A stretch of DNA of 58,635 nt, counting the filler, from Squatina squatina (Eukaryota): NCBI GenBank assembly GCA_031763465.1. It is 3 parts of 3 records of this genome, joined end to end, with 100 filler letters (N's around TTAATTAATTAA, not from the genome) between each part and the next. Parts side by side here need not be neighbours in the genome. Positions count along the whole stretch, not along the records: positions 39,403 to 58,635 come from JARFOE010000222.1; 2 more parts are not named here. One strand, written 5' to 3'. Position 1 is the stretch's first letter; the number at the start of each line of letters is the position of its first letter. The position numbers and the translations under genes are program-made. Below the pieces are notes generated by a model. The model worked only from the letters and a program-made list of their open reading frames with translations, ran no database searches and was not told where the DNA came from. Positions 39,403 through 52,009 of the stretch are shown piece after piece.

Positions 39403-39924
39403 CTAGACATGTTGTAATGTAGACTGGAATGTAATTGAGACTTTTGCCCAAATTAGAAGCTGTGCGATGATGAAAGTCGTTCTGATGTGAGCCGAATGGA
39501 ATCAGTTAATTGGTATAAACCCTCTGAGAGGAACACACTGGAATTTATGACACAGCTGTAGGAAAATGTAGAGGGTGGGGGCGGAATGAAAGCTTGATCA
39601 AATCAACCCTTCCAGATTTGATATAGCATGTTCTGAAATGGGGATAAAGGTTCATTTTTAACAATTAAATGCATCTTTTTTATTACTATATTAGCATTTG
39701 CCTGCTCTTTTTCATCACTACTTGACTCCTCATTTGCTAACTCTGACACCTCCTTTCTCCTCCTCCCTATCACTACCAGCTTTGTTTACCTCCACTTTAC
39801 TCCATTTTTTTCTCCTGTTTCACTGACACTGCCACTAGCTTTCGCTGTCTACTCTGCCTCCACCAACTCCTCCTTTTGTTCCTTTTCAATAGCCTTCACT
39901 GCCTCCTTGCCCCATTATACTCCT

Positions 39925-40250
39925 TATGAGGGATTTTAATAAAGTAAATTGAGAAAAATTAGTCCCACTGGTCAGTTAGTCAATAACTAGAGGGTATAAA
40001 TTTAAGATTATCATCAAAAGAATGAAGGAAGAGGTTAGCAGAATTTGTGTACACAGAAGGTTGTTCGAACATGAATGCCCTACCATGAACAATCACTTTA
40101 AAAAAGGAAGTGGATAATTATTTGAAAAAGTTAAATTTAGAAGTATATAAGGAAAAGGCAGGCAAATTGAATTAAATAGACAGCTCTTTCAGAGAATAGG
40201 CACAATGCGCTGAACAGCTTCTTCCTGTGCTGAAATATTCCATGACTGTA
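39925..40250 (+). mobile_element. Old CR1 3' fragment
   Basis: atgagggattttaataaagta...ataactagagggtataaatttaag, a degenerate MKGFDRV/TRGHKFK region. Confidence 0.65.
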
Positions 40251-43200
40251 TAATTAGGCATTATGAAACAAAGAATCTGCTGCATATAGTTCTGGTCGTG
40301 TCCTATTGTACAAAAAGGAATCCAGAATTATACCAATGTTCTGTATGCTGCACAATTATACTCTCAAAAGAGATATCATCATGTAGCAGGTGAAGGATGA
40401 GGGTCAGGTAAACAATGAGGATAAGCCCGATGTCTACTCGAGCTTCAAATTCGACAGCATATAATAGACAACAAATTCAATTAAAATGAAGGCATTCCAG
40501 CATAAACATTGACGACATTTTCCCAGTGAACTGTTGCATCAAGCCTCATTGACACCCTAATCATTTGCTTGACCTCAGCACCATGCATGCCCATCCATTA
40601 ATGTGCTGCTATAGAAATGTGCTCCATTACAAATGCACTCTGTTCCAAGTTAAAATTCCATTTTAATTACGTATTACTCCAGTAGTGCTTGGTAAGCTGT
40701 CAGTGTTTTTTCAACTTGGTGTTTCCAGTCTGCAATTGTGTTTGGTGAATTATCCTAATCCTCAATCTAGTGCTCCTACTAGGTGCTATTTTAGTGGACA
40801 AAGGAAGTGAGCTGTTCAGTTGCTGTATGCCTATAGTGTTTCCAGGGATGGTGGTGACACTCTGCCTCTCTATGCTAGGTCATATGATGGAGCTGAAATT
40901 GCTGACACCACACTTAATGTGGTAGCTACCTGGGCCTTTCATATTTTTGGCTCTGCATGTGTCATTAGATTGGGATGGCTGGGAAGCATTCACATTGACT
41001 TTATCTGAGAAGCAGCTCCCAGATATTAGAGTTCAAGATCTCTGAAGCATCAGTTCATATATTTCTGAAAAAACCCAAGCTAAGTTTAAGACATGTGTCA
41101 AGAAGGGTCCTGCAGCACACGATACTAGAGGTGCCACACAATCAAACATGACTGTGCAGATACAGTTAGCAGATTCCCCAATATTAATCAAAATACCTTA
41201 CAGGGTGTTGCCCACATTCTCAAAAAGACTCCATGAATTAGAAAACAGTATTCTTTTGTCAGTAGTTGTTAGATGGTATCAATCCCAGAACCCAACAGAT
41301 AATGGTGGTCTGCAATTTGCCCTTTGAGCCAACTCCTGCTGCACCTCTAATTGTTCCTCCTCACTTATGCTGTGTGCTCACATGGTGGTCCCTGCACTAA
41401 CTGAAACTCAGAATGCCCCAGAGTGCTTCACAACCAGTGAATTTCCTGAGGTCAGTCGCTGTTGCTGATGCAGCCAAATGGGAAAAAGACTTACACTTCA
41501 TGACTTCGCAAAGCGCTTTACAGCCAATGAAGTACTTTTTGAAGTGTAGCCACTGTTGTNNNNNNNNNNNNNNNNNNNNNNNNNNNNNNNNNNNNNNNNN
41601 NNNNNNNNNNNNNNNNNNNNNNNNNNNNNNNNNNNNNNNNNNNNNNNNNNNNNNNNNNNAATATTAACATTACAGTAATAAACATTTCAGCTGCCTTACA
41701 GCTATAATGCTGAGGTTTGTTTCAATGTGTGAACTGAAAAGAAAGGGTGACCCAGATGTTTAGACTTTGTGTTATGCACTGGCACCTGAAAGGTTAAGTG
41801 AAGTTGTGGGGAGTTATAACTTCTTTTTCCCACCCTGGAGTTGCTGGTTAAGGTCTGGCTGAGACCAACCGATTACTCATTGGGATTTTCAGACCTAGTT
41901 TCTTGCTCACTTCTCAAATGCCTCCCTCACAAACTTCAACTTTGCCCATCAACAATGAAAGCTGAATGCTCATTCCTGCCATGCACTTCTTTGTGATTCT
42001 CATTGTTTGCATTCCAACATGTAGGGTTTTTCCTTCCTCAGCCTTCTGACAACTGACACTTGTTTGAACAAAGATAACAATTTCCAGGCTAGCCAACTCA
42101 GACCTACTGTCTTCCCCAAGATGTCCATGTGTAGCCAGACTGAATGAAACTTTGTCCCCAAAAAGTTATTCGCTGCTTATACCGCAGCACAGCTTGGACC
42201 TTTGTGTTCTTGTCACTCGCTGGACTGTCCTGATAAACGGACAGCCACAACTTCTCTACAAGCTCCATCAACATTTCGCCATGAACAAAGGAAACTTAAT
42301 TATGATCGGAGGTATAATCTCACCTTGTTCACATGGCTTCATGGGTGATAAATCAGGCACGACTGAAAAGCCAGATTCTCAGTGTCATCTATGGTTGCGA
42401 TTTGAACTTTGATCAGTGCAGCGGTATGTTGCATCATCAAGCAATCCTCGTTATTTTGTCTTCAGACCGACATAGTGTGCAAGTTGAGTCACACCCATCA
42501 AACAGGAAACAAAACTTACCACAGCAAAATGTGCACACCAATTCCTTCAGGGGTTTACACGTGAAACTTCCTTGCCTTTCTCCACTTCCTGTCTACTTTG
42601 CACACAACAGTAAAGTGGAACTTAACATTTGAGTGGTTATTTGAAGCTGTTAAAAATAATTCCTACTTAATTATTTCGAACAATATCTAACTGCCTAATC
42701 TGACTGAATGTGGCTTGAATGGAAGATTTAATAAACTGTAAGATATACCAGAGATTCCTGATCAAACTCGCAGAAGTGCTCCAGTCTGCTTCCACATAGG
42801 GCAGCAATGTGATTTTGCTATTGCTGGTTTGTACAGACCTTCCTCTGGCTTTCAGGAAGGCCTATGGCCAGAAATGTAAAATTGCAAATACACTTTTACA
42901 GCAATTACATGCACATGTACAGGGGTTTGCAAGGCTCCAAATCTGCTCCGCAACAGAACAAATGAAATCCAGAGTACAGGCATTTGGATCATTTTGCAAA
43001 ACCTCTTTGACATATGAAAGAAGTAAGTAGTTGATAATGTAAATACTTGACCCACTGCACACATTTTATTAGTAATTCTATTAAATTTTACAAACATCCC
43101 AACTTTAGTGATTACCATGTCCTTGCACATGAAGAATAGTTTGTTTTAAAAAAGAAAAAATACCAATGTTGGCTTCCTTATTAATTTCTTAACATTTCTG

Positions 43201-43362
43201 CTATCAGTGGCTGTGTTGCAGATATATTATTGAATGTGATACTATGTCTGTGCATTCATATGTGAGGAAAGTAGCTGAAGAATGCTTTAAGCAAGGATAA
43301 TTACACTTCCAAAGATTTTCCTCTGGGTCAACAGCACTTCTGGAGATTGAATAGAAATTAGC

Positions 43363-43378
43363 TGTTACCATGGTAACA
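43363..43378. promoter_or_regulatory. RFX X-box motif (perfect palindrome)
   Basis: TGTTACCATGGTAACA. This is a motif match only. Confidence 0.4.
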
Positions 43379-45294
43379 CATCAACTATTTCTTACACATC
43401 ATCTCCATATATCATAAAGCATGTAAATTAGGATTACTGTCTCCCTGAATGTTCACACTTTCAGTCAAACTAACGTTACAGAAACAAAATGGGGAATATC
43501 TAATTGATGGTTGCTATGGTAATGCAGCAATGTGTGATAAAGTGAAATTGCACAGAATTAGTAGTTTCTTCAGGCAAAACATTCACTTATGGCAGATAAC
43601 TCTTTCAAAAAGCAGTGCAGTAACTGTACATAACAGTCTAATTTCCATATGTATTTTTGACAGCAAAGCTTGTAATTCTGGCTTGCTTTCCAGCTTCCTA
43701 AAAATATTTCCTATAAATATTCCTATTATGTACATTTAATTCTTAAATCACAACCACATTTCTGCAAATTCCCAAAATGATTATATAAGAATTTAGAAAT
43801 TACCTTTATTTAATTTAACAGCTTTGCAGATNNNNNNNNNNNNNNNNNNNNNNNNNNNNNNNNNNNNNNNNNNNNNNNNNNNNNNNNNNNNNNNNNNNNN
43901 NNNNNNNNNNNNNNNNNNNNNNNNNNNNNNNGGAGGTGCAGCTTCTGATTCAGTTTTTAAGTTAATAAGTGTAAAATACAGTCAGTGCTTTATTACAGAA
44001 TTGCCAGCATATCATGCACTTACTGCTTGGTTCATCCCCTTGCTTTGTGTAGGCACCAATTGGTTTTTCCAACTTCGGCACTCTCCCTCAGTCCAGAGAA
44101 CCTTTTTTCACTTGCTCCCACAAGCTATTCACGGAGGACAAAACACTTATATAATTGGCCTCCTACTGTCATACCTGTTGCACAGTAGCTATTAGGAGGG
44201 TTTTTTTCTGTCCCAAATATAAGCACCACCTCCTTCAGTAGGACCTTCCAGATGTTGCAGCTCTTCTAGCCATCTTCTGGAAACAACAGTCAGCTTTAAC
44301 CAAAATTGGTGCAGCAGCCCTTTAAGAGCTGCTGTACAAATTTCCCAACCCCAGGTGATTCAGCATTCCCTCTGCATTTAACAAATTATTTAAATTAACT
44401 GAAACTGCAGAATCCAACAGGGTCATCTCACCATGCAATGTAAGTGTGCCCTATAGTTTGGGCTGATCCTGGAGTTAGCCCTGATTGTGCTATGACAAAG
44501 CAATTGCCTGTTACAAAATATTTTTCCGTGTCATAATGGTACAGTTTAGCCTGCTGGTGCAGTTCAGTAGATGGATTTTTTGATCAAAGCCTTGCATAGG
44601 GATCACCTTCCAAAGAATATTTTGTTCTAAAACTGTTTGCTTTCAAACCTGGTGAAAATATTAAAAAGTAATTCACACAACCATAGTACAGCCATTTTGT
44701 GCCATCATCTCCACCAAGGTGCAGAGGAGATTTAGATTGGGAAATCATGTGAAAAGTAACTAATTATGCTACAAATACCTACTTGTATGAAGCGGAGGCT
44801 GTAGCAGATTTGTCCTTCTTGCACCTATACTGAAAGATGTAATTGGTGCTTTCAACAAGAGTATTCCCTTTGAAAGCAGAGTTGAAAGGTACCAGTAAAA
44901 TGTTTGCAATGTCAGGAATTTAATAAATTGTCCGCAGCATGTCACTGCAAGGAAACAGCCTTCTTGGACCTTGGCTTGTAAAAGATAATATCTGTTTTTA
45001 AAAGTTTACAGGAGGATGTGGTTGGACGGATTTCACTCACACCCTGAAAACAAAGGTCATAATAGGCAGCTGATCAAAGTCTAGCAGTAAAACCACTTAC
45101 AACTTGTCTGCATTAAAAAAAAATAGGAAACATTCCATTGCTTTTCCTCATGGCTGATTAATGTGGTAAATTGGGGAATAAATCAGCTGCAGGAATGTCT
45201 AACAACACTAAAGTCTTCGGAGAACAGCAGACCAGGCACCTGCGCCTCAGTGACTGAATGTCAACAAGTAGGAAATCGGTGAAAATCAAACTTC

Positions 45295-47164
45295 TCTCTT
45301 TAATACAAAAGCGAAATACTGCGGATGCTGCAACCTAGAATATAAACAAAAANNNNNNNNNNNNNNNNNNNNNNNNNNNNNNNNNNNNNNNNNNNNNNNN
45401 NNNNNNNNNNNNNNNNNNNNNNNNNNNNNNNNNNNNNNNNNNNNNNNNNNNNNNNNNNNNNNNNNNNNNNNNNNNNNNNNNNNNNNNNNNNNNNNNNNNN
45501 NNNNNNNNNNNNNNNNNNNNNNNNNNNNNNNNNNNNNNNNNNNNNNNNNNNNNNNNNNNNNNNNNNNNNNNNNNNNNNNNNNNNNNNNNNNNNNNNNNNN
45601 NNNNNNNNNNNNNNNNNNNNNNNNNNNNNNNNNNNNNNNNNNNNNNNNNNNNNNNNNNNNNNNNNNNNNNNNNNNNNNNNNNNNNNNNNNNNNNNNNNNN
45701 NNNNNNNNNNNNNNNNNNNNNNNNNNNNNNNNNNNNNNNNNNNNNNNNNNNNNNNNNNNNNNNNNNNNNNNNNNNNNNNNNNNNNNNNNNNNNNNNNNNN
45801 NNNNNNNNNNNNNNNNNNNNNNNNNNNNNNNNNNNNNNNNNNNNNNNNNNNNNNNNNNNNNNNNNNNNNNNNNNNNNNNNNNNNNNNNNNNNNNNNNNNN
45901 NNNNNNNNNNNNNNNNNNNNNNNNNNNNNNNNNNNNNNNNNNNNNNNNNNNNNNNNNNNNNNNNNNNNNNNNNNNNNNNNNNNNNNNNNNNNNNNNNNNN
46001 NNNNNNNNNNNNNNNNNNNNNNNNNNNNNNNNNNNNNNNNNNNNNNNNNNNNNNNNNNNNNNNNNNNNNNNNNNNNNNNNNNNNNNNNNNNNNNNNNNNN
46101 NNNNNNNNNNNNNNNNNNNNNNNNNNNNNNNNNNNNNNNNNNNNNNNNNNNNNNNNNNNNNNNNNNNNNNCCGAGCTCTTCTGCGATATAGTGCCATGGG
46201 ATCTTTTTGTTTGTGGGAGCTTGCTGTGCACAAATTGGCTGCCGTGTTTCCTACATTACAACAGTGACTAGACTTCAAAAAGTACTTCATTGGCTGTAAA
46301 GCGCTTTGGAACTTCTGGTGGTTGTGAAAAATGCTATAAAAATGCAAATCTTTCTTCCTTTTCAATCTGGCTGGAGCAGGTGCTGGAAATGGCTGAGGAA
46401 GAGAGTCTCATCCAAAAGACAGCACTTCTGACAATGCAGCACTCTCTCAGTACTAGATTGGAAAGTCAGCCTAGATTTTTGTGCTCAAGTCTCATGGAGT
46501 GGGATTTGAACCCACATACTTCTAACTTCGAGGCAAGGAGTGCTACCAACTGAGAAATAGCCAGGCTTTTCAGAGGGGCAGGCTGGCATTAAGTAGTAAA
46601 GGCTAGATTTAAGTGGTGCTAGACTTGCACAAACTATGGCCCCCTGCTGAGGTGTTCATCCCCTAAACAGCGCGTTTAGTGCTATCGCAATGCTCAATAT
46701 AAATTAGCAGGCAGAGCAAAGTTTGCACGCTGCCTGCACCAGGCACAATCACGCATCACGTTTCCATCGCCCATTTTCGGGGGCTATTGAATTTAGCCCC
46801 CAACAGGTTTTAAGCAAGGAAAGCGGGAAGGGAGGAAAGAATAAATGGAAAGGTCTGTGATAGGGTGGAAGGCAGAAGTGATTAGATGACAAAAGGGATA
46901 ATGGTGCAAGACAATTGGGAGTGGTAATTGGACAAGAAAAGAAACAAAAGATGGGTCAAAGGAGCTGAAAATGGCAAAAACAGATTCAGTGCCAGCAACT
47001 GCTATCTGGACAAATGGGGGCAGAGGTTATGATCTGAAATTGTTGAACTCAATGTTGAGTCCGGAAGGCTGTAAAGTGTCTAATTGAAAGTGGAGGCGCT
47101 GTTCCTCCAACTTGTGTTGATCTTCATTAGAACAGTATAGGAGGCCGAGGACAGAGAGGTCAGA
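45295..47164 (-). mobile_element. Penelope-like element pieces (45295-45352 and 46800-47164)
   Basis: The minus strand at 47040-47130 encodes a KLEEQ.L.FQLDTLQPSGLNIEF GIY-YIG-end motif. aaaagcgaaatactgcggatgctg is the typical terminal repeat. Continuity across the gap is unproven. Confidence 0.7.
46171..46553. mobile_element. Two DeuSINE pieces: 3' part (+, 46171-46362) and 5' head (-, 46405-46553)
   Basis: Both match the SINE consensus seen in other copies; the head has a box-B-like ggatttgaaccc. Confidence 0.8.
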
Positions 47165-47264
47165 NNNNNNNNNNNNNNNNNNNNNNNNNNNNNNNNNNNN
47201 NNNNNNNNNNNNNNNNNNNNNNNNNNNNNNNNNNNNNNNNNNNNNNNNNNNNNNNNNNNNNNNN

Positions 47265-47525
47265 ATTTAACGCAATAGGTAGAAGATTAGACAGGATTTG
47301 AGGAGAATTTCTTTTACCCAGAGGGGGGTGGGGATCTGGAACTCACTGCCTGAAAGAGTGGTAGAGGCATAAACCCTCATCATATTTAAAAATACTTGGA
47401 TATACACTTGAAATGCTGTAACCTACAGGGCTGGAAAGTGGGATTAGGCTGAATAGCTCTTTTTCGGTCAGCGACAGACACGATGGGCTGAAAGGCCTTT
47501 TGTGTCGTAAATTTCTATGGTTCAA
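47265..47525 (+). mobile_element. CR1 3' end
   Basis: gaggagaatttcttttacccagagg...tggaactcactgcctgaaag...gatgggctgaaaggcct. Confidence 0.8.
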
Positions 47526-47699
47526 CAGTGTCACAAACTAGCACAACTTTTGATAATGTTCCTTACATACGTGCATTGATCAAGACTTGGGAGAATGGTG
47601 TATTTATAGGGTTCCTGAAGGGCAAATGACTTATTCCATGCCTTTTGCCAATGACCCTCTGAACTAGCTGCTAAGAACCACATCAGTGATGATTGCCCA

Positions 47700-47940
47700 C
47701 CTGTCAATTATCTTTACCCATTTGTGCAGATAAGACTATCTTGGCTCAGGATCTAGCTTGGCTCTGATTGCTGCCCCCATCCCTGCCCCCCATGGCTGCC
47801 AGTGCTCATTGTCTTGACTGATGCATGCAGAACAGCCTTTTGGGTGAGGTACTGGTGGGCTGCCAATGTCCACAGAACTCTACCCTAGCATAAGTCAGTA
47901 TCTTCAGGAGTGTGTGGGAGAAAATTGTAAGAAAAAGAAA
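47700..47940 (+). mobile_element. Second SINE-like repeat (related piece at 22135-22240)
   Basis: Both copies share ttgggtgag...agtcagt..cttcagga...ggagaaa followed by an A-rich tail. Confidence 0.55.
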
Positions 47941-47988
47941 AAAGATCTTAAACGAATGTTTTAATGATAAGTTACATTGTCTCCACAG

Positions 47989-48084
47989 GAAAATGCAGAG
48001 GAGTGTGGAGGGGTTTCAGGCATCTCTCTGTCTGGAGCACTGCTAGCATTTAATCTGGGTATGGCTGCTGCTGTTTTACGATGA
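47989..48084 (+). CDS. CACNA2D4: Terminal exon of voltage-gated Ca channel alpha2/delta subunit (GPI signal)
   Basis: Acceptor ctccacag, then ENAEECGGVSGISLSGALLAFNLGMAAAVLR*. This matches the alpha2delta-3/4 C-terminal ENAxxCGG motif plus hydrophobic tail. It is convergent with ADIPOR2, as human CACNA2D4 is; the paralog assignment rests on synteny. Confidence 0.82.
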   Translation, partial: ENAEECGGVSGISLSGALLAFNLGMAAAVLR

Positions 48085-48640
48085 TGAAGCAGAAGTGATG
48101 GTACCAGTCACCACACTGTTTTGAAGCTTTTGTGAAGGCTGCATGCAAGACAGATCAATGAAGCCTATTCCCATTGAACTGTTAACAAACATATGCTATT
48201 GGATGACAAAATGGACTAAGGATAGAATGGAACCTTCTTGCATTCATTTCAAATCTTTTTCTTGCTCACCAAAATACTGCTTTTTTTCTCTTGTATTCAG
48301 AATAGTTTAATTGGAGAAATAGCAAAAAGGTTATTCCCTGCAAAGACATGGAGGAACAATCTCAAGAAGGGGTTCTAATTTGTGAAAATTAAACTGGAAA
48401 AAAAATCTATCTCCTGTATGGATTTCTAATTGTTGTTGGTTAATGAAAGTATTATCTGCAATACAGTGAGTGGCTCTACCTCTGGGGCCTGTTGGTGTGT
48501 AATACTGTAGTAACATTACCACAAATTGTTCTTCCCAGTAGTGTGGATTGAACCTGGAAAATTCCCCTTTGCTCCTTTTTTTGGTCTGGGAAGATTTATA
48601 TAAAAATCTTCACTTCCTATAAGCATCAGTCTTTCCACAG

Positions 48641-48646
48641 AATAAA
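48641..48646 (+). terminator. Candidate polyadenylation signal of the CACNA2D gene
   Basis: AATAAA about 560 nt after the stop, followed by T/GT-rich sequence and just ahead of a TE relic. Confidence 0.4.
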
Positions 48647-48759
48647 TTCTTTGTATGAAATTGTTTTGTCATTCTCCTTTTTGTAATGGTATTTTCAACA
48701 CTGAGGAAATGATGAATGTGACACAGATTGGAAACTCATTTAAACACAGAGTTATATTT

Positions 48760-50536
48760 ATAAAGCTCATTCCCTGCCAATGGTGCCTCCATTTCACAAG
48801 ACAAGCTGTGACAACGTTGTATTATGTGCTGCAGCATGACCTGCTGCAAGCAACATCTGGATAAGGAGCAGCTTTTCTAACAGAAGTGAGGTTTACCACA
48901 GCAGGAAGCTTTCATGCTACTGGATCCATCCAAGTTACCCCAAGAGACATCTGTCATATCAGGCAGTCTGCAGCAAACAAGTGTATCAAGCAAGTACCAA
49001 ATGCTATGTCTACAAAGGGGCATTACATTCATCACTTTTCCTATGAAAAAGAAGAATCAACTAGAGTGGACACCTTTCACTTGGTGATTGTGTTCGCTAA
49101 AGTGCAAAACATCATACGCGGTACTTTCATGAACAGAAAATATTTACACTCAATAAATGTTTATGTGGTATCTGACCACATAAATATCATTAGCAATGTC
49201 AGTGACCATTATCCAGGAAAAAGCCATGTAGCCTTCATTGTGCAGCAGTCCATTTTGCTTGCAATTTTTGAAAGAGAAGAAACACTGGGCAGATGTTTTT
49301 TGTGAAGATCAGGGCTAATGGTGGCATCATGGTTGCTGATTCCACTAACATACCTGTTAACGGGTCAAGCATTCTCCCTGTATTTAGGTGCATCCCCACA
49401 TTTAGGTGCATCTCTAAAAACCACACAGGGCCTGTACATCCATTCAACCACCTGCCCTTCATTCCAAACATTTGGTTGGGTTTAAATATTGGGAAGACCG
49501 AAGCCATTGTTTTNNNNNNNNNNNNNNNNNNNNNNNNNNNNNNNNNNNNNNNNNNNNNNNNNNNNNNNNNNNNNNNNNNNNNNNNNNNNNNNNNNNNNNN
49601 NNNNNNNNNNNNNGCCATCTGCAGTCTCCCCCACTGAAAGTCAGCAGCCTTCCACTAGTAATGCTGCAGCCACTGGGGTAGCATTGAGTAGGAGCACTAG
49701 GCCAAGCAAAGGCACAGGGGTGATTAGTTGACTAATAGTGTGCAATAGTGGATGGTTTGATTTTAAAATTTGGTTTGGAGTGTTTGTTTTGAGGTAGCTT
49801 TTATTGTAGCTTTGTGGCCAAGAGGACGCTGTGATTGCCAGTAACAGAGGCAAGGTTCAGGACTGTTGGTGAATGGGGAATTGGGGTTGCATTCACTGGT
49901 ATCACAGTCAGACGAGTCAATCATGGTCAGCCCGGACACAGAAAGGTGCTGTGTTGGTTGACTCCTCCCTTCCTCCTCCTCTTCAATCAGCATGTGCACC
50001 TCTGTGCCGCTTCTGCTCATTCTCCCTGTTGTGCTGCAGGCCAAGGGGGATACAAACTACTGCACTCATGTCTGGGAGCAACTGGTCTGAGCAGAAGCCT
50101 TGAAGTAACCTGCCATACCACTCCCTGGAGACTTCAGCAACTTTAAGTAAGACAGTAAACCACCAAACACTTCTACAAGAACCAGTATAAATCAATCAGC
50201 AACTAGCCTGAAAGCAGATGATGATCCCATTAAATAGCACTGGTGGTGGGGTCCTACCTGCTGCTCAAAGCATGTTCAGCCATGTGTCTTAAAGAGAAGT
50301 TGTCAGCTGGAGCTTTGAGGTCAAAAATGGCAGCGCTGACATCAAATCAACGTTTTCAACATGCTGGCTGACATCACGATCTGCCTACTCTGCATGCCTC
50401 TGGCACAACTGTCCCAGTGCCCGCGCTAACGACCTCACCAAAATGGTGTCCGGGGTGGCCCATGTGACACGGACGCCACTTTAGACACAAAATGACACCT
50501 GAAAAACTGGGCGTTACGGAGCTGAAATTCATGGCC
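48760..50536 (+). mobile_element. Decayed PIF/Harbinger element (transposase relic 48760-49300, GC-rich opposite arm)
   Basis: LHFTRQAV...FHATGSIQ...DICHIRQSAANKCIKQV...FMNRKYLHSINV...YPGKSHVAFIVQQS is HARBI1-like. The right end reads gctgaaattcatggcc. Confidence 0.8.
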
Positions 50537-50559
50537 TTATTTTTTCCCAGTGGGTGACA

Positions 50560-51660
50560 GCCAGATTTATTTGCCTGTTTAGCCTCACCTTGTGTTTGGG
50601 GAATGATCCAAGTTTAACAGGCAACAGTTCCAATGACCTGTCTTTGTCATTAGAGCCATTGCCTGTTACATGTATATCATGACATTGGCCTGAGTGTCAA
50701 ACTTAAAGTTAGTTTGCCAATCATGATATCTTCAAACCAATCATAATTATTTCCAACAAAGAGCTAACATACAGTTCATTTGGAGATATTTCTCTTGGCC
50801 AGCTTGTGGATCATTTCCTTTCGGTACACATATTTTTTGCTTGAATAACATACAATTGCAAAATGTCCATTGCTCCCCCACACTTGTGGGATTTAGTACT
50901 TATGAATGGGAGCTCTCCCTGCTGTGCTGGATAACCGCATCTATTACACTTGCTGGATTTATTACAAATCTCCATGGGCTTGACGTTATATTCTTTCTAA
51001 TCTGTATACTTGACTGGATGTACAGACGTGTGGCGCTCGTGGGGGATCACCTTCCTTGAGCAATAACAATTTCTCGAACTTTCCCATTACTGTGCTATGC
51101 TTTTTACTTTCATCAGCTGTCAAGTTGAATGATACAAGAATCCCTTGTGCTTTAGCACCTATGCAATGAATCACTTTGTTTACTTGACTAATTGCAGCTA
51201 TATCAGCTAGTTCTGGCATGATATGATTGCTTTCCCAAGGTTTTTTTTTCAACTATGCCATTCCTCAGGCTTAGAAAAATTAAAATTCATTGGAAAAATC
51301 TATAGCAACGTCAACTTCTGCCATATTTAGTTTTTGCTTGACACTTAACATATGTTTTGAGATGTTGTAACAGCGACTCACCCTGCACATGGCTCTGACT
51401 TTCTCGCTCAATCCTCGCACTGACTTCTGTTTTTCCTCCTAGTTTAGTGGGAAGACTCCAGCAGTGTAGATTTAACGGCTTTCTTTTATTTTCCATGGAT
51501 AAGATCCAACTTCTGATGCGATATATTGTTCAGAGATCCATGTGGCACGCATGTTGAAATCAGAAGCCTTCAGGAAAGGGTCTTGACTTTATTACAAGGA
51601 AAACTAATCAATCACAAAAACTACAGCTTTATATAGATAGATTCATTACACCTTATGTTG
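50560..51660 (-). mobile_element. Gypsy LTR-retrotransposon 5' relic (LTR-PBS-gag-protease)
   Basis: Gag-like QVNKVIHCIGAKAQGILVSFNLTADESKKHSTVMGKFE; protease-like FKFDTQANV at 50672-50710; PBS-like 18-mer at 51504-21. Confidence 0.75.
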
Positions 51661-52009
51661 GAGAAAGCGCCAAAATTGTTCCTTGTTGGCAGGAGCACAT
51701 CCCCTCCACCCCCACTCCCATACAAAAAAAAGTGTCTAGAATTAAGGTTTTTTTGGCTTCCGGCATTTTTCATGCGTGGAGCTGTTGCCTGCTTTGAAAT
51801 GGCTGGTGCTTTGCTTCCTTACTGAATGGCCAAGCCCTGAGCTGGTCATACATCCCACCACCCCAAATGCACACACACACCAAACCAAAATACACCCCAG
51901 GATAAATGACTGCCTTCGGGAGAAGGAATACAATGGCAGAAAACAATCTGAATGTTTAAAGCTAGGTGATGACATGAAATAGCTCAATGTCAGAGCTCCT
52001 GATAACTGC

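Noticed and set aside
42837-43022. Open exon-like block (DLPLAFRKAYGQK...TYER, gtaagt donor) upstream of the CACNA2D4 last exon
   Set aside because: No resemblance to alpha2delta sequence, and it ends in phase 1 whereas the terminal exon starts in phase 0.
45286-46365. Long ORFs in the track (also 5971-6547, 15953-16444, 55998-56660)
   Set aside because: Their length comes from translated N runs.
46480-46553. tRNA gene (box A/B-like)
   Set aside because: It is the tRNA-derived head of a DeuSINE, continuous with the SINE body.
48886-49305. Domesticated HARBI1 gene
   Set aside because: The catalytic IDCTH region is missing, other motifs are degraded and stops lie upstream. It is a dead transposon.
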